From positions 2,016,001 to 2,080,000 of the forward strand of contig CBDCGL010000011.1 in NCBI GenBank assembly GCA_965216755.1: a stretch of 64,000 nucleotides of DNA, read 5' to 3'. The translations under genes were made by a program, and so were the position numbers. Numbering within the stretch: the stretch's first letter is position 1; every line of letters starts with the position of its first letter. Origin of the DNA: Alphaproteobacteria bacterium (GTDB lineage Bacteria; Pseudomonadota; Alphaproteobacteria; UBA7887). Shown in pieces: positions 1 to 11,030 of this stretch. Below the pieces are notes generated by a model. That model saw nothing but the letters and a program-made list of their open reading frames with translations, made no database searches and was not told the origin of the DNA.

Positions 1-236
1 GCGTTGTCTGGTTCCGATTCCACGACTGCGGTGAACAAGGCGATCGCTTGTTCGTATTCCCCCTTGTCCAAAGCGGCCACCGCGTCCCCGAACGTGTCGG
101 CCTGTCCGGCTTCGGTTGTCTCGGCCTCCGGCTTCGGCGGACCGGCGGCCCCGCCCCGGTTGGCCGATGCGGCCGATGGGATTGCGCCAATCAGCAGCGC
201 GCAAAGACCGACAGTCATCAACTTTCTTGTCTCCAT
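1..236 (-). CDS. Secreted TPR-repeat protein (5' part; runs off window)
   Basis: Manual minus-strand translation from ATG at 236 after GGAGG: METRKLMTVGLCALLIGAIPSAASA (signal peptide) ... AVAALDKGEYEQAIALFTAVVESEPDN (TPR-like helix pair). Confidence 0.7.
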   Translation of the reverse strand, partial: METRKLMTVGLCALLIGAIPSAASANRGGAAGPPKPEAETTEAGQADTFGDAVAALDKGEYEQAIALFTAVVESEPDN

Positions 237-305
237 GATCTCGCCTCCTGCTCGAGACCTCTCTTGATCCGATAGATAAGCCTTTTGTCTCCGTCTTGCC
301 AATCC

Positions 306-1634
306 TCACGCGGGCTGCGAGCCATCGAGCCGCTGCAGGATAGCGATGAAGAAGCCATCGGTGCCGTGGCGGCGGGGTGTTAACTGCAATGATGGGCCCT
401 CGTGCGGACAAGGTGACCGAAAAACACGTCGCCAAACCGTGCCCACGTCAATTGGTACAAAATCGCTGTGGCACGCCAGAAAACGTTCGATCTGATCCGC
501 GTTTTCGGCGCGCAAGACCGAACAAGTGACATAAACCAAGCGACCACCCGGCGCGACCAAAGTTTGGGCCGCGGAGAGGATTTCTCCCTGGCGCTTCACC
601 CAACGTGCAAGATCCGCCGAGGTCAAGCGGCGACGCCCGTCCGGATCGCGACGCCATGTGCCCGTCCCTGTGCAGGGAACATCAACCAACACCCGATCGG
701 CCAGCCGCGCCCCTGTCGCGGGCCAGGTGAGAACCTCATCGACCAAGATCGTTTCGATCGACAGCCCCGCCCGCGCCGCGCGGCGCGTCAAGCGCGCAAG
801 CCGCTTGGAGTCGACATCGCAAGCGACCAGCCGAGCCTGTTCGGAGATCAAATCGGCCAGGGCCAAGGCCTTGCCACCCGCGCCCGCGCAATAGTCGATG
901 ACCAGACGCGCAGATTTGACGTCAACCAGACCTGCCGCCAGCTGCGCACCCTCATCTTGGATCTCAAATCGTCCATCCCGGAATTGCGGGCTGTCTGAAA
1001 GCTGGGGTCGGCCGCGCACCCGGACGCCGGCGGGGGCCCACGGCGTGGCACACGCATGGGCCGCCATCGATTCCAGCGCGGCGCGAACATCGCCCGGTGC
1101 GACGCGACGCGTGTTGACCCGCAAATCTGTTGGCGCCTCCTCGGCAAACGCCGCCATCTCGGCCACGATGTCGTCGCCAAAGGTTCGTCTGAGTTCTTCG
1201 TCCAACCAAAGCGGATAGTTGCCACGCACATGATCTGGGACTTGCGGCGCACGCGGGAGATACAAGCTGCCGCCCGCTTCGCGCATGGCATCCGCCATGG
1301 CGACCTCATTTGCCGTCAGGGCCGAAGCCCCATAGCCGATCCCATCAAACATCTGTGCAAGCGACTCACGCGACGCCCGGTCCGACTGTGTCAAGGCCGC
1401 GATCACCCGATTGCGGGTCGTCAACGCATATCCGGCCCTTGTTAGCGCCCAATCCAAACGGACCCGTTGGCGCACAACTTCAAACACCATGGCCGAAATC
1501 GCCCGACGATCTTTCGATCCGACATAGCGGCGACCACGCATATAGGCTTGAACGACCTGGTCTGCGGGCAGTGGCGCAGACTCTATTTCATCTAACAGCT
1601 CGATCGCCGCCCGAACGCGCGCTGATGGGGTCAT
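306..1634 (-). CDS. rsmB: RsmB/NOP family rRNA m5C methyltransferase (Sun/Fmu)
   Basis: MTPSAR...RRYVGSKDRR N-terminus; FEIQDEGAQL, IDYCAGAGGK, VLVDVPCTGTG, LVYVTCS and TDGFF motifs; next to guaB. Confidence 0.9.
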   Translation of the reverse strand: MTPSARVRAAIELLDEIESAPLPADQVVQAYMRGRRYVGSKDRRAISAMVFEVVRQRVRLDWALTRAGYALTTRNRVIAALTQSDRASRESLAQMFDGIGYGASALTANEVAMADAMREAGGSLYLPRAPQVPDHVRGNYPLWLDEELRRTFGDDIVAEMAAFAEEAPTDLRVNTRRVAPGDVRAALESMAAHACATPWAPAGVRVRGRPQLSDSPQFRDGRFEIQDEGAQLAAGLVDVKSARLVIDYCAGAGGKALALADLISEQARLVACDVDSKRLARLTRRAARAGLSIETILVDEVLTWPATGARLADRVLVDVPCTGTGTWRRDPDGRRRLTSADLARWVKRQGEILSAAQTLVAPGGRLVYVTCSVLRAENADQIERFLACHSDFVPIDVGTVWRRVFRSPCPHEGPSLQLTPRRHGTDGFFIAILQRLDGSQPA

Positions 1635-1718
1635 CGGTCCCTGCTATGCGTCCCGTTGACGAGTTATGGTACTCGCCCGGTCCACTGCACAACGATCAAT
1701 GCGTTCGGTGCGCGCGGA

Positions 1719-3200
<1,482 letters not shown>

Positions 3201-3298
3201 CTATTGAGTTTGGCAACTATACAGACCACGGGTCGCGCACCAAACCTGGTTTCCCGCGACGCCAGGCAGCGCCGTCACATGGCTGTCATGGGATTTAG

Positions 3299-4000
3299 TT
3301 ATACATCAGAAGATTTTCCCATAAACCCCTTTGCTACAACGTAAATCTCAGCCGAGTCAGATCGGCTGGCTGGCGGCTTCATATGTTTCACGCTGTCGAA
3401 ATGACGACGCAGATTGGTTGCCAAGGACATATCGCCACCGCGCAGCAATTTCGCGACAAAACTGCCGCCGGGCGCCAACAGGGCGTCCGCCATTTCGAAC
3501 GCCGCCTCACACAACATGACCACGCGAAGCCGATCCGTTGCGGCATGTCCGGTTGCGGGGCTCGCCATGTCACTCAGCACGACATCGGCAGGGCCGCCAA
3601 GGTGGGCCTTGATCTGGCTGATGGAATCGGCCCCCAGTGCATCGATTTTCAAGAACAGGACACCATCCAAAGGATCCATGTCGCTTACGTCCAGCGCCAC
3701 AACACAACCGCCCCCTATTGCGCCGGTATGCACGCGGCGCGCCGCGACCTGCGACCAGCCGCCCGGCGCCGCCCCCAAATCGACCACCCGTTGCCCAGGC
3801 GCAAAAAGGCAGGCTTTGTCGTCAATCTGCATGATCTTATAGGCGGCACGACTGCGCAAACCTTCGCGTTGCGCCCGCTGCACATAGGGGTCATTAAGCT
3901 GCCGTTGAAGCCAGCGCGTGGACGACGCGCGCCGACGACGCGCGCTACGCACTCGGACCGCCTCAGCACGACCTCCGGAACCTCGACCCTCGCGCCGCAT
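3299..4000 (-). CDS. rlmE: 23S rRNA Um2552 methyltransferase (FtsJ/RrmJ)
   Basis: SSTRWLQRQLNDPYV, RSRAAYK, DLGAAPGGWSQ, VLSDMA, KPPASRSDSAEIY. Confidence 0.95.
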   Translation of the reverse strand: MRREGRGSGGRAEAVRVRSARRRRASSTRWLQRQLNDPYVQRAQREGLRSRAAYKIMQIDDKACLFAPGQRVVDLGAAPGGWSQVAARRVHTGAIGGGCVVALDVSDMDPLDGVLFLKIDALGADSISQIKAHLGGPADVVLSDMASPATGHAATDRLRVVMLCEAAFEMADALLAPGGSFVAKLLRGGDMSLATNLRRHFDSVKHMKPPASRSDSAEIYVVAKGFMGKSSDV

Positions 4001-4062
4001 GATCTACGCCACCGTTTCAGCCTTATTGAAGTCGTCCATATATGGACGCAGAGGCAGTTGAT

Positions 4063-5103
4063 TCAAACGGGTGCCGCCGTCCGCTCGTGCCGACTTATCA
4101 AGTTGTACAAGATGCCCTCGCGCACCCCGCGATCGGCCACACGAATGCGCTCCACCGGAAAAGTTTGGCAAACAGCTTCCAAAATCGCGCACCCGCCGAC
4201 GACCAGATCGGCGCGTTGACGCCCGATACAGGGAATGCGCGCACGATCGGCGTAGTCCATCCGACGCAAGCGCTGACAAATCCGACGAATATTGTCGACC
4301 GACAATGTCGCGCCGTCGACAACGGTTCGATCATAGCGTCGCAGGCCCATATTTACGCCTGCCAAGGTCGTTACGGTGCCCGACGTGCCGATAACCTGGA
4401 TGGTTTCGGCGCGCACCGAATCGGCCAGCAGCTTATCGACAACAAACGGGCGGATCAGCGTTTCCATGCGCCGGATCATGTGTTCGTAAGTGGCGGAGGC
4501 GTATCGGTCGCCACCGTAATCTTCGAGCATGGTCAGCACGCCGCAGCCCAGCGACGCCCAATCGACCAACGAAAACTGGCCGTCTTGGTCGCGTGCCAGC
4601 CACATCAGCTCGGTACTGCCACCGCCAATATCAAATATGAGCGCCCGTTGCGCGGCGGTATCCAACAGTGGGGTGCAGCCGCGCGCGGCCAGTTGTGCTT
4701 CCTCCCGGCTGCAGATCACCTCCAGGCGCAATCCTGTATCATTACGAACTTGTTCCAAGAACTCGGACGCATTCGCGGCTCGGCGACAGGCCTCCGTTGC
4801 CACACAACGGACGTGCGTCACGTTGTTGTGTCGGATTTTGGCGGCGCAAACGTGCAAGGCTCGCACGGTGCGCCGCACCGCCGGTGCCGATAATGCAGGT
4901 GTGGGCGCCGCGGCAGCCAAGCCTTCGCCCAGGCGAACGACCCTTGAAAACGCATCAACAACGTGGAAGCCAGAAGCACGCGGCTTGGCAATCAACAATC
5001 GACAGTTGTTGGTGCCCAAGTCAAGCGCCGCATAAATGGCACTGGACCGCGGCGGCATTGTCGGCGCGCGTTGGCGCGCTTCGAACGCACGTGTCCCGAC
5101 CAT
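4063..5103 (-). CDS. ppx: Ppx/GppA exopolyphosphatase family protein
   Basis: AALDLGTNNCRL, ATEACRRA, DIGGGSTE, GTSGT, ADRGVREG; start placed after GGGAGG. Confidence 0.9.
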   Translation of the reverse strand: MVGTRAFEARQRAPTMPPRSSAIYAALDLGTNNCRLLIAKPRASGFHVVDAFSRVVRLGEGLAAAAPTPALSAPAVRRTVRALHVCAAKIRHNNVTHVRCVATEACRRAANASEFLEQVRNDTGLRLEVICSREEAQLAARGCTPLLDTAAQRALIFDIGGGSTELMWLARDQDGQFSLVDWASLGCGVLTMLEDYGGDRYASATYEHMIRRMETLIRPFVVDKLLADSVRAETIQVIGTSGTVTTLAGVNMGLRRYDRTVVDGATLSVDNIRRICQRLRRMDYADRARIPCIGRQRADLVVGGCAILEAVCQTFPVERIRVADRGVREGILYNLISRHERTAAPV

Positions 5104-5328
5104 CGACGTCCCTCCCCATGCACTACATGTCGTCCTCGGGTCTCGTTTGCCCGGACCCGGTTGTGGCGCCACGCACGCGATTATCATGCGCTGGGAATGT
5201 ACCCGAGAGCAAGCGGCAGGTCGGCACGGCGCGGTCCGGCAGGGAATTGGCGCCGGCTTGACACATTCCCGGCAGCGCCCTTACGCTCGCTTCGATCTGC
5301 TGCCGCGAGACCGCGTCTGAGCGACGAT

Positions 5329-5402
5329 TGGGGGATAGTTTAACGGTAGAACTTTCGGCTCTGACCCGAACAGTCCTGGTTCGAATCCAGGTCCCCCAGC
5401 CA
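5329..5402 (+). tRNA. tRNA-Gln, anticodon CTG
   Basis: Acceptor TGGGGGA/TCCCCCA, anticodon arm TTCGG-CTCTGAC-CCGAA, T-arm CCTGG-TTCGAAT-CCAGG, encoded CCA end. Confidence 0.95.
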
Positions 5403-5590
5403 AATATCAGATTTGTCTAAATCGGTATTTTTTGACGCACATTCTGAGCCGCGGAGAGCGCTATTTTGGCCAATAAATCAGAAGGTTGACGGAAGGCAGC
5501 AACCACCTCACCGTCCTTCCATGAGCATTTCGATAGTACAAGATTGAGAAGCCGACGTTTTTCTCGGGACGCCTGATCATCCCCGTCACC
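5403..5590 (-). pseudogene. C-terminal remnant of a large serine recombinase
   Basis: EKRRLLNLVLSKCSWKDGEVVAAFRQPSDLLAK resembles the tail of tRNA-targeting serine recombinases; a shifted frame continues DIWLGDLDSNQD into the tRNA antisense. No catalytic domain upstream. Confidence 0.6.
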
Positions 5591-5659
5591 AAGATTCGTG
5601 CATATCTCGTTTTGCCGGTGGCACAGTTGTTGGAAGCAACTACAGACAAGGAGCGAGCG

Positions 5660-6805
5660 ATGAAGCGTCGGGATTTCGTGGTTGGAGCCGCCGCGGGCGT
5701 GGTTGTTGGGGCTGGAGCAACATATCTGGCGACGGGAACATCCAAGCCAGTCATAACGGGCACGCCGAACGCGCCCGGCGAAGTGCCAGCCGTCACGGCC
5801 GGGCTGACCGAATGGAAAATGGTCACAACCTGGCCTAAGAATTTTCCGGGCCTCGGTACCGGCGCGCAACGCATCGCCGACCGCATAAACGGCATGTCGG
5901 ATGGCCGGCTTCAGATTAAGCTGTTTGCTGCCGGCGAGTTGGTACCCGCCTTCGAAGCGTTCGATGCGGTGCGTGAGGGCACGGCGGAGATGGCGCATTC
6001 TTCCGCTGTCTATTGGGTGGCCAAGCACAAAAGCACGCCGTTCTTCGGGACCGTGCCGGCGGGCATCACCCAGCAGGAACATACAGCTTGGCTCCACCAT
6101 GGCGGTGGCCAGGCCCTATGGGATGAACTTTATGGCGGCTTCGGTCTGAAACCCTTCATCGCCGGGTCCACAGGCGTCCAGATGGGTGGCTGGTTCCAGA
6201 AAGAAATCCGTGGTCTCGACGATTTCAAGGGACTCAAAATGCGCATTCCCGGCCTCGGGGCTGAGGTTATCAACCGCCTGGGCGCAACGGCTGTCAATAT
6301 GCCGGGAGGCGAAATCATGCCGGCGCTGCAATCTGGCGTGATCGATGCGACGGAATGGGTTGGGCCCTGGAACGACTTGGCTTTTGGCTTCTATAAGATC
6401 GCAAAGTTCTATTATGGCCCCGGCTTCCATGAGCCGAATTCGTCGGTCGAGGCATTTGTTAACAAGGAACGATACGAGGCGTTGTCGAGTGATCTGCAGA
6501 TGATCGTGCAGAACGCATGCATGGCGGAGAGCGAGTATATGCTCGCCGAGTTCACGGCTGGCAACAACGAGTCCCAACAAGTGTTGGTCGAGGAGCATGG
6601 CGTGACGATCGCGAGTTTCCCGCGCGAGGTGGTCAAGGCCGCGAGCGAGGCCGGGCTGGATGTCATCGCCGAGACCGCCAAAGAAGGCGATATTGCCAAG
6701 CGGATCTTCGACAGTTGGTGGAAATTCCGTGAGGCCTCGATCAAGCGCGCGCCCTATGCGGAGTACGGCTACATGAACGATCGCGCAGCGGCTTTTGGTG
6801 CCTAA
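5660..6805 (+). CDS. dctP: TRAP transporter substrate-binding protein (DctP/TakP-like), Tat signal
   Basis: MKRRDF Tat motif after AAGGAG; WKMVTTWPK, QMGGWF, GLKMRIPGLG, IDATEWVGP, PGFHEP. Confidence 0.9.
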   Translation: MKRRDFVVGAAAGVVVGAGATYLATGTSKPVITGTPNAPGEVPAVTAGLTEWKMVTTWPKNFPGLGTGAQRIADRINGMSDGRLQIKLFAAGELVPAFEAFDAVREGTAEMAHSSAVYWVAKHKSTPFFGTVPAGITQQEHTAWLHHGGGQALWDELYGGFGLKPFIAGSTGVQMGGWFQKEIRGLDDFKGLKMRIPGLGAEVINRLGATAVNMPGGEIMPALQSGVIDATEWVGPWNDLAFGFYKIAKFYYGPGFHEPNSSVEAFVNKERYEALSSDLQMIVQNACMAESEYMLAEFTAGNNESQQVLVEEHGVTIASFPREVVKAASEAGLDVIAETAKEGDIAKRIFDSWWKFREASIKRAPYAEYGYMNDRAAAFGA

Positions 6806-7135
6806 GGGAGTCCTACCCGCCACGAGGAGGCTTTGACAAGAGCGGCTGTGAACTTGGTTTCAGCGGTATCGGCGGCACGCTCGGGACGAACACGCTCCGA
6901 CTTCCAATATCTCATCGACAGAAACAATGTTACTGGTGGAAATCCGTCGTGATTCACAAAGGACCGATCGCAAGCCACGCTGCGTTTGGCAACGTCTATT
7001 AGGCCGCTCGGGGTCACTTATTGCTGTATTGGACAAGGGTGGTTCGCGTCCGGAGTCAGGAGCATTGCTGTCGAAATCATGTTGGACGGCAACATTTTGG
7101 TGCGGTTGAGTGCATTGGTCGATGCTGAACCGAGG

Positions 7136-7789
7136 TTACTGAGGCGTGGCGATCAATAGCTTGATCATGTCGTGGTACAAGAAACGCTCCTCAATCAGCT
7201 TGAGCCCGGCGTCCGGAATGTAGCGTTCAGTCTCTCGATCGAAGGCGGCACCATACGCCAGCCTTACCCACGGCGCCCATAGACGCATAACGAAGCGCCT
7301 GATCGGATTTTCCGAATAGGCGTACTCCAGGATGCGAACCTCACCGCCCGGTTTACAAACCCGGCGCGCCTCTTTTAGAGCAGGTAGTTGAAGTTCAGGC
7401 GCCAGCACGCAGAACAGGAAAGTGGCAACGAAGGCATCGAATGTGGAATCTGCGAAGCCACTGTTGCAGACATTCATTACGGCAAAAGGAACGTCGGCGC
7501 CAGTTCTTTGCCGACGGTTCACCGCTCGTTTCAGCATGCCCGGGCTAACATCTATACCAACGACTTGTGTTCCAGGAGGATAGAAACGCATGTTGCGGCC
7601 GGTGCCGACGCCGGCGTCGAGTATACGACCCGATAGGCCTTCGAACAGCTGACGTCGCAGTGGCTTATAACGACCATGTTCGAACGGCAGGTCGAGGATG
7701 TCGTAGAGCCGAGCGATGCGGTCATAGCGCAAATTAGTCTCCGGTGTCGCTCTGTTTGCCCGTACGTGTTGATGATCGTACCACGCCAA
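7136..7789 (-). CDS. Class I SAM-dependent methyltransferase (PmtA/UbiE-like)
   Basis: YDRIARLYD, ILDAGVGTG, GIDVSPGML, FLFCV, RVCKPGG. Confidence 0.85.
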   Translation of the reverse strand: MAWYDHQHVRANRATPETNLRYDRIARLYDILDLPFEHGRYKPLRRQLFEGLSGRILDAGVGTGRNMRFYPPGTQVVGIDVSPGMLKRAVNRRQRTGADVPFAVMNVCNSGFADSTFDAFVATFLFCVLAPELQLPALKEARRVCKPGGEVRILEYAYSENPIRRFVMRLWAPWVRLAYGAAFDRETERYIPDAGLKLIEERFLYHDMIKLLIATPQ

Positions 7790-8120
7790 CTATTCCGGCA
7801 GTCAGCGCGGCTTTGCGTTGTGTCCTTTCATCATCGCTGGCCTTGCCCACGTCTTGGTTGGGTCAACAACACGCCTATGGACCATCTGGGATTGGGTCCG
7901 GAGGCCGGGAGCTTAGAGAAATTTCAACGATTTAGGGCCGTCGTTGGGGCATGGCCGTCGTGTCTGCCATATTGGCAGTAGGCGTGTTCGTAGCCGGACG
8001 CGGACGTCTGGCCCGGCCACGAAATCGCTTCGCCTGCCGTGGTCTGCACTGACGACGAAAGCCCCATATCGACCGCGCTTACTGCCCCGACGTCGCCGGT
8101 TCACTGATTTCGTGATCGGT

Positions 8121-8651
8121 TCAACCGCATTCGCCGTCATGACCATCCGACATTGCCGTGAGGCACCATTCGCGGATCGCGTCCGGATCGGCCTGCAGCT
8201 TTTCGGCCAGACCCCCGGCAAAGTTAACGAACGCTTCCCGGTTGGTCGCGCCGACGCCCACCAGGACTGGAATGTCCTGTTCCAGCGCCTTGCCGATCCC
8301 GGATACGAACCCCCGACCCGCCGCTTCTTCTGGGCCGAATTTGTTGAGGATGAACAGATCGGCCTCGTCGAGCGAACTGCTTTCGACGGTCGAAACCGCG
8401 GCGGCAATCGCGCCCGGGTCCAACCGGCAGGCGTCGGAACCCGTGCCCAGGTTCTGCGTGATCTGGATCACCGGACCCGCGGGCAGAACCCGCACTTTCA
8501 TGTCGCAGCCGTTGGCATAGGCGCTGGTATGGCCCAGCTCTTTGACGATACCCGTAAGGGCCAAGCCCCCGGCCTGCAGCTGATCGGCGACCTCGGCAAG
8601 CAGGCGATCGGTTTCGCCCCGTATCTCGGAACTGACCCATGCTATCCTCAT
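8121..8651 (-). CDS. DUF2478 family protein
   Basis: CDM..., IQITQNLGTGSDACRLDP, ILNKFGPEEAAGRG, IPVLVGV; start at MRIAW after GGAGA. Confidence 0.8.
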   Translation of the reverse strand: MRIAWVSSEIRGETDRLLAEVADQLQAGGLALTGIVKELGHTSAYANGCDMKVRVLPAGPVIQITQNLGTGSDACRLDPGAIAAAVSTVESSSLDEADLFILNKFGPEEAAGRGFVSGIGKALEQDIPVLVGVGATNREAFVNFAGGLAEKLQADPDAIREWCLTAMSDGHDGECG

Positions 8652-9342
8652 GTTCTCTCCTGCCATCATCGGGTTGCGGCTGGCCGGACCGGACCGTGCC
8701 CCGTCACCGGTAAGGAAGCCATTCGACAAACGCGGTGTTTCATCAAAGCGTGCCTCGCCCGCCGGCGTTTCGTCATTGATTTGCATCAGGTCAGGAATGT
8801 CCGGCCGCCGTCAAACGTTTACGCCAATTTGCATGAAGGTCTGACGAGTCCGCTCAATCGTCCACGCAGGCCTTCCTCGCAGATGCACTCTGGCGGAGGG
8901 CTCGTGGAATTCTGGCGCCGGCGCAATGCACATGGTTCGATACCTGTCCAGGAAGGGCAGCCAGCCTCCAAAACCCCGTTAACTCATTGACAACACTACG
9001 GACGTAGACCGGGTCGCGTGGACGCACCCCACACATCCACGGCACGCCTCCGTGGCCAATCAGCCCCGATTTCAAACAGACAGTTGGCACAAGCACGACG
9101 GCTCCGACAGCATGTGTGCTTTCGGCGCGAGCGTTATCGATAGCTTCCCGGATTCGTATTGTGCGCGCCCTCGAGCCTACCCGGGGCACGGTCCTTGATC
9201 AGTTGGGGCGAAAGTGATTGCCTCGCGCGGGGATTGGCGAAATACGGGGCCAATGTTAGAAACTATAGAGTCGGGTTGGGCGTCGCCTGGCCCGTTGCCA
9301 GTTGCGAGTGCCAGAAGGCGCTAGAACAGGAGTGTCGAAGCG

Positions 9343-9783
9343 ATGGATAAGCCAGTCCGCGCAATCGTGATGGTTTTGGTTATTGTCGGGCTCGGCTTTG
9401 GTGGCCCCCGATTGGGATTCGCCGCCGCGGGGGCACCGCCGGATGGTCCGATCAAGTCGGTCGAGACGGGCGCCGATCTCAAATTCGCCTGCGGCCAGGA
9501 CGTGGATGGGTTCAACGACGTGGTCGGTGAAAAGACCTATCGCTCGATGCTCATTGTCCAATGTCGCGCCGTGGTCGGCACGATCGCCGATATGATCAAG
9601 GCTGGTCAGTTCGCGCTTGACGACGCGCCGAAATGGCAATGTGTGACGATTCCGGAGGATCTGAGCGAGCTCGCGGCAAATTTCGTGACTTGGGTGGGCC
9701 GCAGACCGTCACTAATGCGTGAGCCCGCCGCGATCGCGCTTATCGAGGCGATCGAGCTCAGCGCACCTTGCAAGAGCTCCTAG
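9343..9783 (+). CDS. Secreted Rap1a/Tai-like immunity-fold protein
   Basis: Signal peptide; TGADLKFAC...C...C...P...PAA..L.EA...APC cysteine pattern typical of Rap1a; CAGGAG RBS. Confidence 0.55.
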   Translation: MDKPVRAIVMVLVIVGLGFGGPRLGFAAAGAPPDGPIKSVETGADLKFACGQDVDGFNDVVGEKTYRSMLIVQCRAVVGTIADMIKAGQFALDDAPKWQCVTIPEDLSELAANFVTWVGRRPSLMREPAAIALIEAIELSAPCKSS

Positions 9784-9955
9784 GCTGCGCTCGGCGTTTG
9801 GGGGTCTAATGCCACAATTCTTGTTTTTTGAGAATGAGTTGCGACGATTTCCCAAGCCAATTTCACAACAAGGAACAAGCTCGGATTGACCGTCGGAGCG
9901 GAGCAACAATAATAGGCGCAAGCAGGCTCTGAACGGCTTCGAGAAGGAAACCGAA

Positions 9956-10393
9956 ATGAAGATTGCGGCCCCCATTCTTGCCATCACTTTGATCGCCGGC
10001 CTTGGGCAAGCGATCGGCGCGGATTGCCCAGCAGGGCCAGAAGGGAATTTGTGCAAGGCCGAAAACGGCGACCCCGCGGCAATGTATATGATCGGGCGCG
10101 AGGCGTATGATGCGGCACGCGTCAGCGGAGATTTTGGTGAAGCCTATAAATGGGCATCACAATCGAGGCAAGCCGGGTTCCTTGGCGGAAAAATGCTGTT
10201 CAAGATGGTCCACTTGCAGGCGGGGCAAGGCGCGCACCGCGACCCCGTGGAGGCCCACTATTGGCTTACCAAGGCGATCGCAGAGGGCGAAGACTACCTA
10301 GTGTCGTGGCGGCGTCGCCTAGAGACCGAAATGACGCCGGAGCAAATCGCCGAGGCACGAGAAGCGGAGGCGCGTCTCGCCGTCACCGAATAA
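9956..10393 (+). CDS. Secreted Sel1-like repeat protein
   Basis: Signal peptide; AENGDPAAMYMIG, EAYKW, RDPVEAHYWLTKA, MTPEQIAEA. Confidence 0.75.
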   Translation: MKIAAPILAITLIAGLGQAIGADCPAGPEGNLCKAENGDPAAMYMIGREAYDAARVSGDFGEAYKWASQSRQAGFLGGKMLFKMVHLQAGQGAHRDPVEAHYWLTKAIAEGEDYLVSWRRRLETEMTPEQIAEAREAEARLAVTE

Positions 10394-10417
10394 GCGGGCC
10401 AGCCGCCGGCAAAAGTA

Positions 10418-10861
10418 TCAGTTTGCCTTTGCCAAGGCGGCCGCTTCTTCAGCGGTAATCCGATTGCCGTCCGCGTCCAGGTAAACGCCTTGGATTTGTT
10501 CCACGATATAGGTCGCGATTCCGGAGATCTCTCGCTTTGACATGGTTGTCTTGAACTCAGGCATACCGCGGTCGCGAATGCCGACGGTGATAATGTAGAC
10601 GAGCCCTTCGTGATCCAATTCCGTGGCGCGCAGGTCGGCCGCGTAACCGCCATAGGCCGGTCCGCCGCGCCCATCGGATTTGTGGCAGCGCGCGCATTCG
10701 TTGGGTAATTCCTTAAATACGATCGGAGGCGGCCCCGACCGCCGGGGCTTCTCGTCGGCCGACAAGGCGGGGCCCGACGGCACCATAAACACCGCCGTGC
10801 CGGCGATTGTCATTGCCATCAGGCTGCCAACAAGTCGCACACGCTTTATAAAATGCTGCAT
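10418..10861 (-). CDS. Periplasmic monoheme cytochrome c (probable electron acceptor of the PQQ dehydrogenase)
   Basis: Signal peptide, CARCH heme motif, distal GMP Met; same strand and directly downstream of the PQQ enzyme. Confidence 0.88.
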   Translation of the reverse strand: MQHFIKRVRLVGSLMAMTIAGTAVFMVPSGPALSADEKPRRSGPPPIVFKELPNECARCHKSDGRGGPAYGGYAADLRATELDHEGLVYIITVGIRDRGMPEFKTTMSKREISGIATYIVEQIQGVYLDADGNRITAEEAAALAKAN

Positions 10862-11030
10862 TTTCTCAAATCCGGTCGCTAGTTCACGTCACACCTATCT
10901 GAGGCGTACCGATGCGCAGATCAAGAGCCTGACGGCCCGATACCAGCGCACGGGTCACCTTGTATATAGGGCCTTCGGAGAATAAAGGGTGAGCCGACGC
11001 CATAGCGCCGGCTCACACCATATCGATACT

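Noticed and set aside
5417-6100. 227-aa minus-strand ORF as a real gene
   Set aside because: Mostly antisense to dctP; only the last ~55 codons look like recombinase.
8790-9000. Cobalamin riboswitch upstream of the DUF2478 gene
   Set aside because: Only fragments (AGGTC, CCTTCC on the plus strand) resemble the B12 box; the GCCACTG and CCCGCAACTGT cores are missing. An Rfam scan is needed.
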